DNA of 55,173 nucleotides, filler included, from Bipalium vagum (lineage: Eukaryota): NCBI GenBank assembly GCA_037834085.1. It is 3 parts of 3 records of this genome, joined end to end, with 100 filler letters (N's around TTAATTAATTAA, not from the genome) between each part and the next. Parts side by side here need not be neighbours in the genome. Positions count along the whole stretch, not along the records: positions 19,643 to 39,123 come from JBBMKC010002156.1; positions 39,224 to 55,173 come from JBBMKC010136636.1; 1 more part is not named here. One strand, written 5' to 3'. The notes beneath the pieces are model-generated. The model searched no databases and was not told the origin of the DNA. It worked only from the letters and a program-made list of their open reading frames with translations. Of this stretch, positions 38,531 through 52,330 are shown in pieces (within the stretch, counting starts at the first letter, position 1; every line of letters begins with the position of its first letter). Made by a program: the position numbers and the translations under genes.

Positions 38531-39123
38531 CCTTAAATTGTATTTGTGAAGGTAGTGTACCAATCACAACTAAAAAGGGTATTAAATATTGTCAAATTCT
38601 TTTAAGTAAATAACTTTAAATTTTTCAAATTTTTATTTTTATGAAAATGTACAAAATAGGATTTTTAAAATAAGATTTATGATCGAAATGTCAACTTTAT
38701 AATTTAAAGAAGAACTTAATCTGCACTAGGAAGAGGGCAGGCGCCCTGAAGAAAAATAATGAATCTAACAACTAACTTGACAAACCGTAAATGGTGGAAA
38801 CTAAAACAAAAAGAAGAATCTGGAAAAATAAATAAGTTAAACAAAAACAGAAATTTGAAATAATATTCCCGTTCTGTAAAATTTATAATTAATCGAAGCT
38901 GTGAATTTAATAATTCACTTATACTTTATTATTTGGTATTTTGTATTCTGCGAGTTATGATAAACTCAATTCTTTATTTATGATCTCTTAGTTTTGTGGA
39001 GATCATCAACCAAGAAGAGGAAGGAATGAGGCTTGGAAAGGCTTGCAGTATCACCGAACATTGTTATGACTTTTATCTTATTTAATTAGTGAATATTTTA
39101 CGACTTTGCTTTATTTTGATTGT

Positions 39124-39223
39124 NNNNNNNNNNNNNNNNNNNNNNNNNNNNNNNNNNNNNNNNNNNNTTAATTAATTAANNNNNNNNNNNNNNNNNNNNN
39201 NNNNNNNNNNNNNNNNNNNNNNN
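39124..39223. other. Artificial contig-concatenation spacer (44N-TTAATTAATTAA-44N)
   Basis: Identical to 19543-19642. Confidence 0.97.
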
Positions 39224-39300
39224 TCAAACAGAACAATGTCATCAATTTAGCAATTGATTCAACTGATGGAAAGGGATCAGTTGTTGACATTTCCTTACAC

Positions 39301-39358
39301 CTTCACATGCGCATGCACTGCTCTGACCGCTGAGCTACATCCCCCGACTAATTTTCAA
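39301..39358 (-). repeat. tRNA-Ala-derived repeat, copy B (5' half, A-box)
   Basis: Minus strand: ttgaaaattagtc-GGGGGATGTAGCTCAGCGGTCAGAGCAGTGCATGCGCATGTGAAG. Same 5' flank as copy A, intact D-arm, T-arm absent. Confidence 0.7.
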
Positions 39359-41329
39359 TATATCTCACAATTATTATATAAATATTATTATAATTTTTAT
39401 ATCTTAGTTTCGAATACATAAGTGTTATTCAAATTTCACATGTAGCTTAACTAAAATACTTATTAAAATTTTGTTGAAGAAATATTAAACTACATACGAA
39501 GATAGATATAACAAATCTGTTTAAACTTTATTATAGAAATATGATAGTGCTCTTTCGAATGAGACACGTTTAATTTATTTTTGGAATTGCCAAAATGCCT
39601 TGACATTTTTACTGGATAAGCTAAAGGCTCTGACAACTTTGTTGAACCAATATTTACTGTTTAATTAAAACAATAAAATATTAACTAGTATTTAACTAGT
39701 ATTTGAATTAAGAATAAAAACAGAATTAAGAATAAATATAAAACTGAAACGAGATGAACAGGAATATAAAATTTATAAACCAAAATATATAGTTGATCAA
39801 TTTGTATCTTTAAGAAAATATTTGTCTGCTAATAGAGATGGTCATGATAATGTTGATCATTTAATAAAAAAAATTAATTAAAAGGCAAAAAAGTATCACC
39901 AATGATTTTTGTGAAAAAATAAATTTAAATGCATCTCTGAATAATTCTATCTTTCCTGACAGTCCATTTTCTTCTCTGACAACTCCGAGGTAGAAATAAG
40001 AGGGTCTCCTCACGGAAATATTTATTCACGATGGATTGAACAGTTGACATTGCAACATGGTGGAGATCTGACCAAAGGTGATTCCATCATTTCTTAAATT
40101 TAGAATTGCATTTCTAAAATCAACTGGGTGTTCTTTTGACCTATGGTACATTATTATGTTTTTATTGCTGAAAAAAGGAGTTTATTCAGATTACATGTTC
40201 TTGTAATATATTGAGTAGTAGTAAAATATTTGCATAAATTTTATATTGTTTTATAATTAAATTTTATAAACAGTTTTGTTAAATAAAGAAGTTACATCAG
40301 TACTGCATATAAATACTTTGTTTCATTTCATAAGTTTCTTTCTCTTTTTTAAATCTAACTTTTATCGAAACACTTTTGCAGATAGTGTATATATTGTGTA
40401 AGTTCTTATTTTTAATAAAATGTTTACATGTATTTTTAAAAATTTCTTATAAAATTTAACTTAAAAACTTTGGAAGAAGACATTGTCAAATTGGAAAAAT
40501 TATTAGAAAATATTAAGTAACAATAAATGGAATTTTATAAAAATATTAATTGAAATTATGGCGAATACAAAAATAATGAAAACCAAACAGAAATCCTAAA
40601 GTAACCATTGGCATTGAAGTAGAGCTCGATTATTACGATCCCGATTTCCAGCTCGGAGTCACTGCATCTATCTAGAACACACATTGTGGGATATTAGGAG
40701 TCATATTAACATAAATTTTATAGTCTTAATTGAAAATCCAAGCGGCCAGCCTTTGTTTGGAAAATCAGGAAAATTTTCTAAGAAAGTTTTAGAAGGTTCA
40801 GAAAACCGGAAAAACTCTTCGAAAATTGTAAAGACAGTTGTTTAGTTAACTCAATTTAAAATATCTGGCCCTAATTTGAAGAAATGATCTTATTTTTGAC
40901 AAAACTTGCAAAAAAATAGAGCAACAGTACTAAAGATCTAATAAACAAGCAACGATACGAATACTTATATTATAAATGATAAAATATAAAAATTTAAATC
41001 GAAAGGATACCAACAGTTATAACGTTTAACACACATACTAAACGCTTAGAATTTTGAATTAGCGGGATAAGACAGAAATTCAGTTTCTATAAAATGTTAT
41101 TAATTACTAATCTATATTTATATTATGAATATTATGTTGCTAATTTGATGACCAAGGACTTCCTATGTGAAATATAATTGAATGAAGAACTACTATTTGA
41201 TTTATACCCGAGTAGCTATGTATGACAGTAGATAGCATGCTACCACTACAGATATCAAGTGTGGTATCACCACAGCAAGATGTTCCCAAGGTATATGATT
41301 GAGATCCAGATGGAAGAGCAAACTCCAAA

Positions 41330-42062
41330 AAGCACAATTATTTTTGGGAAAGCAGAAAAAGCGATTTTTAAGACATTAGTAACCTAAAATTAAAACCAGT
41401 GCTCTCGAAAGTTTTTTTGTAAACAGTAACTGACTTGAAACTGAAAGCATGATCAGTACATTGCCAATATTCTTTATTGATAATGAAAAGAAAGCATGAT
41501 TAACAAAGAGAGATTTCAAAAATTATTATTAAAACAAGAATTTACAACCTGAATTTTTTAAAGAGGCTTTGGGGGTTATTATTATACATCTCATGTTGAC
41601 CATAATGTCAAAACCATATGTAAATATCTTATGTATCCTAGAAAGAACTTCATTTTTCAACAGGATATAATCTCTGCTCACATGGCAAAATCAATACCGA
41701 TTTTCTAAAGATTTGAATATCAATATCCTGGAATGGCTTGGAAATTCACCAGATGCAACTTCTATAAAAACTTGTAGGAATGGATAATGAAAAGGTTAAC
41801 AAATAGAACCACTTGTGAAAAAGCGTTGTGGAAAGTTGTTACGCGGCTATGGTACTAGATTACACCTGTACAATGAAAGAAGTTAATTAGAACAATTCCT
41901 CATAGAGTACATGCAATCTTAAAATCGAAAGGATATGCAACAAAATATTGATAATTGAGTGACCTCGTGTATGTGGTAATAAACTAATTTGTATTTTATT
42001 TTTTTATTTTTAAAATTCATAAAAAATTTGGGGGTGAAGTGTACTTAATTCGCTTAGAGTAT
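41330..42062 (+). mobile_element. Degenerate Tc1 (DD34E) relic; left boundary uncertain
   Basis: FIFQQDIISAHMAKS, INILEWLGNSPDATSIKTC (WPGNSPDLNPIENLW), and LIRTIPHRVHAILKSKGYATKY*, a typical Tc1 C-terminus. Confidence 0.8.
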
Positions 42063-42356
42063 ATTTAAGGAACTTGGCACAAAGTTTAAAAGGTTTTATG
42101 TTTTATTAATAATTATTACACAGTCCTATTTTTTCTATTATCATTTTCATTTATAGTATTTCTTTCTAAGATAAATTAAATTAAGCTAATAAAATATAAA
42201 AAATATAAAATAGATAAAATAATAAAATTTTGAATTCGAAAAATAAAAGCAAGGATAATGAAAATATATATTATCTATTATTTGCAGTTATACAGAAAGA
42301 GAAAACAAATCGATAATCACAGAGAAATGCGTGAGAATTTGATACTTCTAAAAACA

Positions 42357-45300
42357 CTATATTTTTGAAGCATCTTTTTCTTCAGGAATCATACTTTGAA
42401 CGGGTAATTCGAAGTTACTGCTCTTTATCTGAGTACTTCTCCTCGAATTAATCCTTCGAAACGATAACCGAGTAGATTTTCGCCTAACAAGAATTCCAGA
42501 AGGCAGAGTCTTACGATTTGAGATTTCCACATCTCCGAAATGGTACTGAGAATAGTCCTTGGGACTGCTGTTGGTATTTTTAGAGTCAATCTTTGAGGAC
42601 TTATTGAGTAATGAAAAACTGCGAAATATCTTAGAAGACGATTGATTTGACATAGCTAGTTCAAATTTTGAGATTGGTTGTGACTTGGGTTGTGCAGACA
42701 TTGAATCCCAATCTCTCAAAATGTGATATAATATTGCATTATTGACTTCCATAGGAGCTCTTAACATTGCCATGTGTCCAACGCCGGGAATCTTTTTTAG
42801 GTGGCATTTAGGTATTGCCTAGAACAAGTTAACATTGAATTTTATTGATCTGCTACATTTTTTATTCCAACAATCAATTTCTATACTATCATAATAAAAG
42901 GCATATTTAGGCGTGTTTTATTGATTAAGTGCATTGGCTACGAAATATTTTTAAAACAATAATAAAGAACTGATTGCATTTCAGAAAACCAGGATTAATA
43001 CGACATTGAAATGAAAGTAAGAAAAATAATGAGAAAAACCAACAATTTTGAAGATTCATTTTTTATAAAATTAGATTATACATTGGACTAATTCTTTAAA
43101 ATTTATTATTATTATGAATTAATTAAATATTAAGAAATTAAATTATTAATTATAATAATAATTTAATTTTCATTTAATTTTTAATCAATTAGAACCTAAA
43201 TACTGGAAAATAATTTAGTTATGGTTTTTGAGTTTCATCTATGTTACCATAATTTGGTTGATATTCAACAAAATGAATTAATTAAAAATTATTATTTTTA
43301 TTTAAATGAAAATGTTCTTTATTCGGGAAGTCGATAGGAAAAGTTCAGACAAATTCTTTCTTGATTTAGCAAAATACTTTGGAAAACTGAAAATTTACCA
43401 AAGAAGCTTATGGTACTCATTTGATGGTGTGTGGGATTATAATTTTCGTTTCAAAATGTTTCAAAAATTCATGAATAGAACAACCACACATTTTAAAAAT
43501 AATATTTTTTTTATTAATAAGATTAATTAATACTTAATATTATTTATTTATTATTATAATATATTTATTGATATAATTATTTTATTATTATTTATTTTTC
43601 TGTTTTTTTAAAGAAATGTATTCAAAAATATTCGACAGACCTTTTAAGTAAATCAATAAATAAAAAAATAAACTATAAGAAAGTTAACTAAAGAAAAATA
43701 TTTAAAAATTGAAAAGTTAAAATTTTCAAGAAAAATACTTGAAAATCAAAATTACCTGGAGCATATCCAACTCGTCTTCAATGATAACCATTTCATCTTC
43801 TTCGCCATGTATTAACAAAGTTGGAGTAGTAATTTTTTTATGATATTCAGTATTTCCCTCTTCCCAGACCTGGCCCAGAATTATTGCTTTAAGAATCCAG
43901 CTGTTTATATTGACTGATAACATTTTATCATTGAAGTTTTTCGTATAGCTATTAAAAGCTCGACTAAACGAAAATGATTAGTCCATTATTAGTGGCACAT
44001 GTCAATAATCTCAAAATATTAAATTTAATTGGTAATATTTTGATATTAACGGGTTTCCACTAAAATTTCATAATAATAGTAATGTAATGGCAAAATAGAA
44101 GTTTATAACGTTGTGATAATTAATAAATGTAGTTACCATTTTAAAAAATATTTTATAGATTTAATCAATCTCTATTTTTAGATATTAATCAAAATTTTAA
44201 TAATAATGACTACAGAACAAAAAGTATTAAGAAAATGTGTATATAATTTTTACAAGAATGGTTTTCATGGAGCTGGTCAAAGAAAACTGTTTTTTTTTGT
44301 ATTTTTCACAAGAATGTCAAAAAGTAAATTTATTCCATTCTACAAAGGTACAACATTAAATTACCAACAAAGAAAGTCAGGAAGTAGATGTAAAACCAAA
44401 ACGATTACGGTTTTAAAACAAAATCCGATCAAATCTCATTTTGATGTTATTTCAATACGTTTCAATCTTTCAAAGTCATATTTTCATAAAACATTAAAAA
44501 ACAAGATATCAATTAAATGTCATAAGAAAGAAAAGATACCTAAACGAACGGAAACCTAACAATCTCAAATGAGAAAATGTGATTGATTTCAGAGAAAGTT
44601 CTCTAACAAAAAGTTTATTCATAATGACCAGTTTTTTTTCTCTTTATCTAATAAAAGAATTTCGTGAAATAATGAATATTATAACAACATTGAAACTGTT
44701 TGCGTTGCTGTAAAATTTACACGAAAATCAAAAATTCAATAAAAGGTTATGATCTACATAGGAATTGGTCCTCAACATCTCAGTACTTCATTATTTCGAA
44801 AATCAAGAATAAGCCTATAAAAATGATTGAAGAATGTGTTTTGGCCTGGCTTGGCCGTTTATAAGTTTTAGTTTAACTTTGAATTTATAAGTTCTGCTTC
44901 CTCTTTATAAATGAATATTAAAAAATCACGGGAATTTATATTACAAAAAAATAAAATTTTTATTGTTAATTAATATAATTAGTTAAAAATATAAAATATT
45001 TATAATATGAAATTTTTAATGGACACCCATTATTATCATTATCATTTTTACCCAAAAAAGTCTTGATTATAAAGTTAAATATTTAAAATATAACAGGATT
45101 TCAATCAACAATTATTCTCACGAAAAAGATTTACATTTTAAGCAATGTGATTATTTAAAATAATATTGGAGATCGACAAGAAATAAGAATCAAAGAAAAA
45201 CTTATTAACTTCTGAGGTATTTGAAAGCAACTCGAATACTATTCAAAAGAGGTGTGAAAAGATGTTGTAAAATGAATATCACACTATTTAATTATAAAAT

Positions 45301-48300
45301 TATATTTTGAAAATGATCGATTCTGCTGTAAATTTCCGTACGATAAATCATTGCTCAAAATCGGTACCAAAACCACTGTTTTTTTGATTTTCTTCAACGG
45401 TATTTATTTTTCAATGATTGTAGGATTGTCATTACATTTGGCACTACGTGAAATGCATTAACATAAGAGATAAATGGTTTTCTACACACAGAGGAGGTAT
45501 TTTCTATTATTACACAACGAAGTTTTAGAATTCCAAATATCATAAGGTCATTGCTCAAATCTTTCATTTATAATGTAAATTTATCCAATTTTAATTCTAA
45601 ATATATTTGAATAATTAAAAAGATAGTCTTTTAATATACACTGTAAATAGCAAAATTTAAAGATCGAAATAATACCTCTTTTAAGGTGTCAATTTAATAA
45701 TAATATAAAGGAAATTTTTTTCCTTTTTATCATTAAAATTTTAATAAAAGTTGTGGTGTCATTTTCATTTTTTCGTTCCAAACTTTTTCTTCTAAAGCGT
45801 TCAGCAACACATGCCTTTTCAAACACAATTTTATCTTTATAATTAGAATTAATTGTTTTTAATCGAAAGGAAAACATCCAGTCTCTTTTATGAATACATT
45901 TTTTCAAATATGTTTAGACCTATTCTGATTATTCTGTTCTGAAAAACTCATTATAATAAATAAAATCATGAAATTGTTTAATTCTTGATGTTATCATCTA
46001 TTGTTGGTCTGCTGGTTGATGACAACGATCTTGAGTGTCTTGGAAACTTGAAATGTTACTTTCGAAATATTAAAGCTGAAACAAACAAATCAAAAACAAG
46101 AATCGGTTGATCGAAACCGATTCATATATCTGTGTAATTATTACATTATTGCAATAAATCATTATTTTTTATTTATATTTGAATTGAATAAAATGATAAT
46201 CAATTTCTTGTCTCAAACTGTTCGATATAAACACACTGAACAGTCTAACGTAAGTAAGGTTGATATCACATAGAAAATCAAAAATTTTTATTACACACTA
46301 GGAAAGAGAAAAAAATTCATCCTTACAAACTCTATTTTGGGTATTTAAGGAAAACAAGAATTTTAGACAATGTTTCCTGTCAACATACAATTTTAACAAT
46401 GGACACCTCCGTATCTTCTAAGTTCAATTTATATAGCCTAACCAAATAGAGCTGAATTAGAAAAGAGTACACAATGCATTTTTCCATTTAATTAACGATA
46501 CAAAGAGATTCAAAATGTAATGGTTTTATTCCATAAACAATTCAACAAATTTTGTTTATGCTTGTCTTCTATTCTAATATAATAGACTTTACTGTTTACA
46601 CCATCATGAATTAAATATAAAGATAAAAATGTGAACAGTTGGAAATGTGAAAAGATTGCCTTCAAACATTATGACTACAAAAATGTCGTCAAATTTGAAG
46701 AATGTGTACCCTTAAAATAAAATTCAGTCATATTTATCTTGCTGAAGTTTACAACCATGAATTTGGATGTAATGGTCTCCTTATTTAGAAATTCACCGAT
46801 TAATTAAGAATATTTCTCTTTTTATTGGTAATCATTTACACCGAAAATGATTGAACATATACAGAGTGCGGCGTTATAATCCGAACAAAATTTAAATTGA
46901 GATTACTCTAATATTAAAAATCATGGATTGTTTAAATATTTTTTGTATTAAACATTAAAGCATATCATGGATTTGTTACAAATTAAATTCAATATAAAAA
47001 AAAAATTTTTGATTAGAAATTTCTAACGAAAACCTTTGTTTTATATTTTGTGTAAATCAACCTTTTGGTGAAAATGTTTTATACTTCACAATAGAGTAAT
47101 TTAAGAAACTTTCAAAGAACATATTTAAGGCATTGGATTATCATTCTAATATGTAATGAAATGAAATAAACGTTTACTTTGAAAAATTATTTTGAATTAA
47201 TTAATTAAATATAATTCACAATTTAATTATTTTTTATATTTCAATTGCTAAAAGCGAACAATATTATTTTGTTTTTATTTAATAAAACAGTTTAATTAAT
47301 AAAACAGACAATTCGCAAGCAAGGTTAAATTCACTCAAATCAAATGTTCCAAGTAAAAAGGTTTATCACAGAATTTTTTTAAGATCTTTACATGAAAGTT
47401 TTCAACCACCTGGACTCCAAATGAAGACCTGTTTCAAAATGTCAATCATCATTTATTACAAAATTTCTATATAGGATACAGCTAAGCCTTTCTCCTACCC
47501 AATCTATGGCCGGAAATAAATTGTTGAAGTTCTCCAAATCATTATTTATCATTTGTAATTATTAGGCGACTCGGAACATGTCAATAATTCTAAAAAAAAA
47601 TTCAGGATATCTCTACCGATCTAAATGTCATTATATTTCCTTTATTGACAGAAGGAAAATTTTCATAATATTTTATAAAATTTCGAAACTTAAAAATTTT
47701 CATAAAATTCTTCACAAAAATTTTTTATCAAATAGCTGAACTTAATAAATTAAGACGTTTTAACTTTTAGAATTTAACTCAAATTTCCACTTCTCAGTTT
47801 CTTTAGTTATTTCAAATTTATTATTTTCTTTTCACAATGCAATCTTTAATGAACTTGTTCATATCTATTTTTCTAAGATATTCAGTGATAAAAGTAAGAA
47901 ATTAATTTTTTTTCTTTTGACTTCTTACTAATGTCGACAAAAAGTCTTCATAGTGATACACAAAGTTTTGAACATTTACATATGTAAATGTGAGATGCAG
48001 CCGTACCGGAATTACACCAAGATTCAATTGATATTTTTTAACCATATATATGAATGCTCAGATTTAGAATAATACCTTATTCATGCATCAATATCTTGTT
48101 GTGGTACTGATACAGTTTTAGTTAATTCATTATTTTTAACTATAGTCAATTTGTTTTAGAATCTTTTAAACACTATTTGATAGTCAATATAAAAGAAGAG
48201 ATTTGAGAATTAAACTCAGGTTCAAAAGCAACCAGAAACGTTACAAAGTAGTTTCAAAAGCCAAGTAGTTTCTGGGATGCAAAAACTATCTTAAATTCTG

Positions 48301-48948
48301 ATTTGATTGTAAAAATCAAAATTTTCATATGGATATATCAGTATTACTGTATTAATTCAACTGTATAATTTTACTAGTTAACATAGTTTTCTTTTAAGTT
48401 TTTCAGTTTACTTATGACGTCAAAAGCCTACTACCAATTACGTTCCTAGTTAATGAAGACCTTGTCATTTAAATATTTCGAATATGTCTCACACAATTTC
48501 TTGATATTTATAATAATAATAATTTAAATAAAACGAGCTCCTGTAAGTAGAATTAAGACTAATTTCAATTAATTTTAATGACATTAAAATTCTTATTGCA
48601 ATGTTATTTAATAGTAATATTAACACAAATAAAAAATATAAATGATATGTATAATAATTTTTTTCTGTAATCTTTGCACATATCTGTATAAATTTGTTTA
48701 ACCAGTTAAAGAAACAAACTAAAAACGAAATTTTATCTTTAGTGAAAGGAAAAATAAAACATTAATGGAAATAGAACTACCTCCGGAAGACTGATAATAC
48801 TATGGGGTGTAAGCACCACAGACAGCACGGAGTAATATTAAAAATATTATCCGGATCACCAAGAGGTTTTGAACTGCCTCCACTTATAAGTATTAATCGA
48901 TTAACGAGATATGGCCTATCGTGAGCTATAAATGTAGCCATAGAACAT
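42357..48948 (-). CDS. ABHD8: ABHD8-like alpha/beta hydrolase; last three exons, 5' exons not found in the window
   Basis: Phase-compatible exons 48948-48781, 43963-43756 and 42818-42357 give CSMATFIAHDRPYLVNRLILISGG...IFNITPCCLWCLHP...|...SWILKAIILGQVWEEGNTEYHKKITTPTLLIHGEEDEMV...|...IPGVGHMAML..PMEVN. This matches ABHD8 (GQYWPEGDEVYH..LLVHGMHD..GSHMVML). Catalytic Asp and His are present; the nucleophile GHSxG falls in the preceding exon. Confidence 0.85.
44049..45030 (+). mobile_element. Internally deleted Tc1/mariner-superfamily element (DD37E-like) with both TIRs, in an ABHD8 intron
   Basis: TIRs acgggtttccactaaaatttcata and tatgaaatttttaatggacacccat, flanked by TA. ORF remnants MTTEQKVLRKCVYNFY, RKSGSR, KFIHNDQFFFSLS, KVMIYIGIGP and VFWPGLA (FWPDLA). 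Confidence 0.8.
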
Positions 48949-50169
48949 CTGAGAAATAGAAATAACAATAAATAACTTATTTAAAATATAAATAAAATAA
49001 AATAATAAATAGAGATTCTTCAAACCTGAAAAATGAAAAACACAATTCAACTGTGAAGTGAAATAAAGGTCATTTTTCGTTAGGATGATTTTATAATTAA
49101 AGGTTAAAATTATTTAAAGTAATCATAAAATCGATCAAAAACGAATTCTGAAATATAAAAGTTTTCTAAAGTTTTCCCCTATTCTTTGAAATCTCTTTAA
49201 AATCTTAAATTTAGGTATTTATCGCCTAAGATTAGGTTTGTAACTATTTTTAATATGAAAAATTCTTTTATGAGAAAACTAGAAAAAAAAATTATTTTAA
49301 TATCAGTTCAATGCGACCTTGTGGTGACCACCAATTTGAGTTTGGACAAAAATATGTAATGTGTAAAATCAATTGTAAAAATCGATTCCGATTCATTGCA
49401 ATATTACTCGGTACAAATGTCAACAATATTGAGTAATATAACTTCATTTAATGATAAAAACAATTTCCGTTAACAATTAACCTGGAGTTGAGTTTCATGA
49501 AATAATTTATTTACACTGAACAAGTAAAGTTTTATTAAATCGTGTTATATCCAATTTCAAAAACGAAAAAAAAGAATATAAATCATTCTTGAATGTTTTG
49601 TAATATATTATAGAATTACATCTTAAATAGTTAAAGTAATACTTTAAAAAACTTATTAAGTAAACTAATCCGATGTCAATTCTGTTATTCTGATTCTCTG
49701 TTACCTCAGGGAGTTCCATTTTATAAAGACTCGAGTAGAGATACTATTGTCCACACCACTTTCTAAATTTATTTTTAGAAAATAATTTAGATATTTATTT
49801 CCATTATTGTTTCGATTATACGTCCTTTAAAAAAGTAACCGGAATTTCTCAATTAAGTCCACAGAGTTATATATATGTCTATTTTTTAGTAATAAGTAAA
49901 TGGTACTGTTCTTAATTATAGAGCCAAATTTAAGCATGGTCTGCCAAGAAGTGTGCTGATATCAGTTATGTTAGTCATTTAATATCCTTATTATTCTGAT
50001 ATTTCCACAAATAGACATACTAGATGTACAAATAAGTTTTAAGGCGTTTTTAATAAACATATTTCTTCAATGTAATCTTGAATACTAATTAATTTTTTTG
50101 TAAACGTTTTTTATTTGAAGCATTTTATCGGTTTGCGTTATTAATCTATTAATAATCTACATTTAGACG

Positions 50170-50500
50170 TATTATGAACGACAAAGTCTTTATTCGGCAC
50201 TGCATTTGCTATAAATTTAATCAGGGAAAATCCTGATACTGCACCTGCATATGCATCGATATTTTCCGTACTTGGAGAAGATGTTGTTTTCAAAAAGAAC
50301 TTGTGAATTTTCATTTCTCAGATTTCGGGCAAGAAATTTCAAAGTGAACAACCATCAATGTAACTTGGGTCGAACCTCTAAATTAATCAGAAACGTACGA
50401 GGAACTTGTTGAAAATCTTGGAGTAACTCAACAAGCGATTTCCAATCAATTGCGTGACATGGGAAAAATTAAAAAGAAGGAAAAGTGGATATCACGCCCA
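50170..50500 (+). mobile_element. Mariner (Mos1-like) 5' fragment
   Basis: MNDKVFIRHCICYKFNQGKS, SVLGEDVV..RTCE, EELVENLGVTQQAISNQLRDMGKIKKKEKWIS. Confidence 0.75.
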
Positions 50501-51279
50501 CCAATCGTCATAATTCGGGACAAACTGGATTCAAATTAGCAATGATTCTAAAAATTTCTTTTGGATATTGGTAATAGTAATTGACAAGTAATTCACAATC
50601 CAAGAAATATTGAATTTCAATAATTTAATTAATTTTTCTAATAATATTTCTTAATTGATTTTAATTTTATTATTTAAGAAATTAAAAACTGAGTTTGAAA
50701 TTTAAAATATTTAAAAATGATTTAAAAGTAAATTTTATGTATTGTGGTCTTATAAACATTATAAATCATAGTCAATACAATATATAAATAACTTAATATT
50801 TATAATTTAATGGTGATTCTGAATGAGGTCCTTAGATCTATTATTAATGCTTGCGATACTATATATAATTTATTTATTTAATTATTAATAACACATATGA
50901 TCATTTATTCTTGTTTACCCTATCTCACCTATTTAATCAAATTTAGTAATTAAACAAATATCATGTGATATTTAACTATGATTACCAAAATTAGAAAAAG
51001 ATGTATAGGCGAAGCAAATAGTCGTCACCATAATATATTTTATCATAATTTGCATTTAATTACATTGGTTAACGAAATGAAGCTTTTTCAGATAAGGGAA
51101 CATGATTACTTGAACTACTATTTCAACCATGAAAAATTCAAAACGAAAATTAAAAAAACTATAACTCAACAGGATTTCTATATATTTTTAGATTTTTAAA
51201 AATTTTAAATTTTAAATTTTTAAAAAAGTTTTCATCTACATAAAAATATGTCTGCGATTTATTAATTATAAGGAAATAA

Positions 51280-52330
51280 TTTATAATTAATGTGTAAATA
51301 TAAACAACAAGATTTGGTACAATTTCAACATTTTTTGAATATCTTTCTTTTGGATTGTCTATTGTAAATCGTTTGATAGCAGACCCTGATATTGCTTTTT
51401 CATTTCCTGTGTGTCTTGATGAAACCATTCACCACGATCCTCGATGTAATCATCAAGATTTATTTGAAAAACAAATAGATAACTGTATAGGAAATGAATT
51501 TTCAGACTCATATTGCAATCACGAGTATGGAAAATTTTCAACATCACTGATAAAATTTCTTTGTAATTTGCATTTCTTTGGTTTCCAAGGAATTTTCCAA
51601 ACTTCTATAAATGATAACCAGGACTTTTTTCATTTCAATCATTATATTAAAAATGTTCTTATCTCGAAATAGTCTTCGCTCACTTTTTATCTTCTCCTTA
51701 GAAAGACATAGAAAACCGTTGCTTATATATGCAAAACAGTTATTGACCTTGTCAATGGTCCGAAAAAACTGTTTCAACAATTCCATTTTAACCTGCAGTT
51801 GTGGCAGCATTATATTGGAAGATGGAACTAAGAATTCTTTGAATCCGGAATAAATTACGTTCTGGGTTTATAATCAGTTTTTATCCACTGCAAAACTCTT
51901 GATCTACGGTCTCACAAAAACCATGGGATTTTTTATTACACTTTGCTGACCAAACAGTATAGATAGCGCCTTAAAATTTCCACAAATCAAACAATTGTGC
52001 CCCTTTATATATGATATGTCAAATTTTCACATGACTTCATCCAATAAGAGTAGGTAATATGAATCGAAGCCAAAGACTTTTAACTAAAGGTAAGGACTGC
52101 CTTCAAACTTACTTTTAAACTGTCGATAATTATCAACCCTAATTTTATTTATTATTAAAAACAGAATTTAATTAAGCCGTTAATTTATCATAAAACTTTT
52201 TATCCAGCCTGACTTTTTCAAAATACTTATCCTCAAGTAATTTCTTTATCGATAAAAAATAACGTTTGTTTCTGTCATAATTAATAAATAAATATATCCT
52301 TGTCACAACAGTTATTAGCCATTAATATTA
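51280..52330 (-). mobile_element. Degenerate Chapaev3-like (CMC/Transib-related) DNA transposase
   Basis: ICGNFKALSILFGQQ, LPQLQVKMELLKQFFRTIDK..CFAYI..LSKEKIK (LPPLHIKLGLMKQFVKALD) and CNMSLKIHFLYSYL..EDRGEWFHQD..MKKQYQG (SDEQGERFHQD..ME.RYQG). Confidence 0.75.

Noticed and set aside
28626-39358. Functional tRNA-Ala genes
   Set aside because: Each copy lacks half of the cloverleaf and the anticodon arm is degenerate.
45689-45907. KACVAERF motif resembling a Polinton/retroviral integrase (VERFNRTL)
   Set aside because: A single short motif with no other catalytic motifs recognisable, so too weak to call.
46860-47640. TA-cagagtgcggc TIR-like start with possible transposase remnants
   Set aside because: No partner TIR or clear catalytic motif found.
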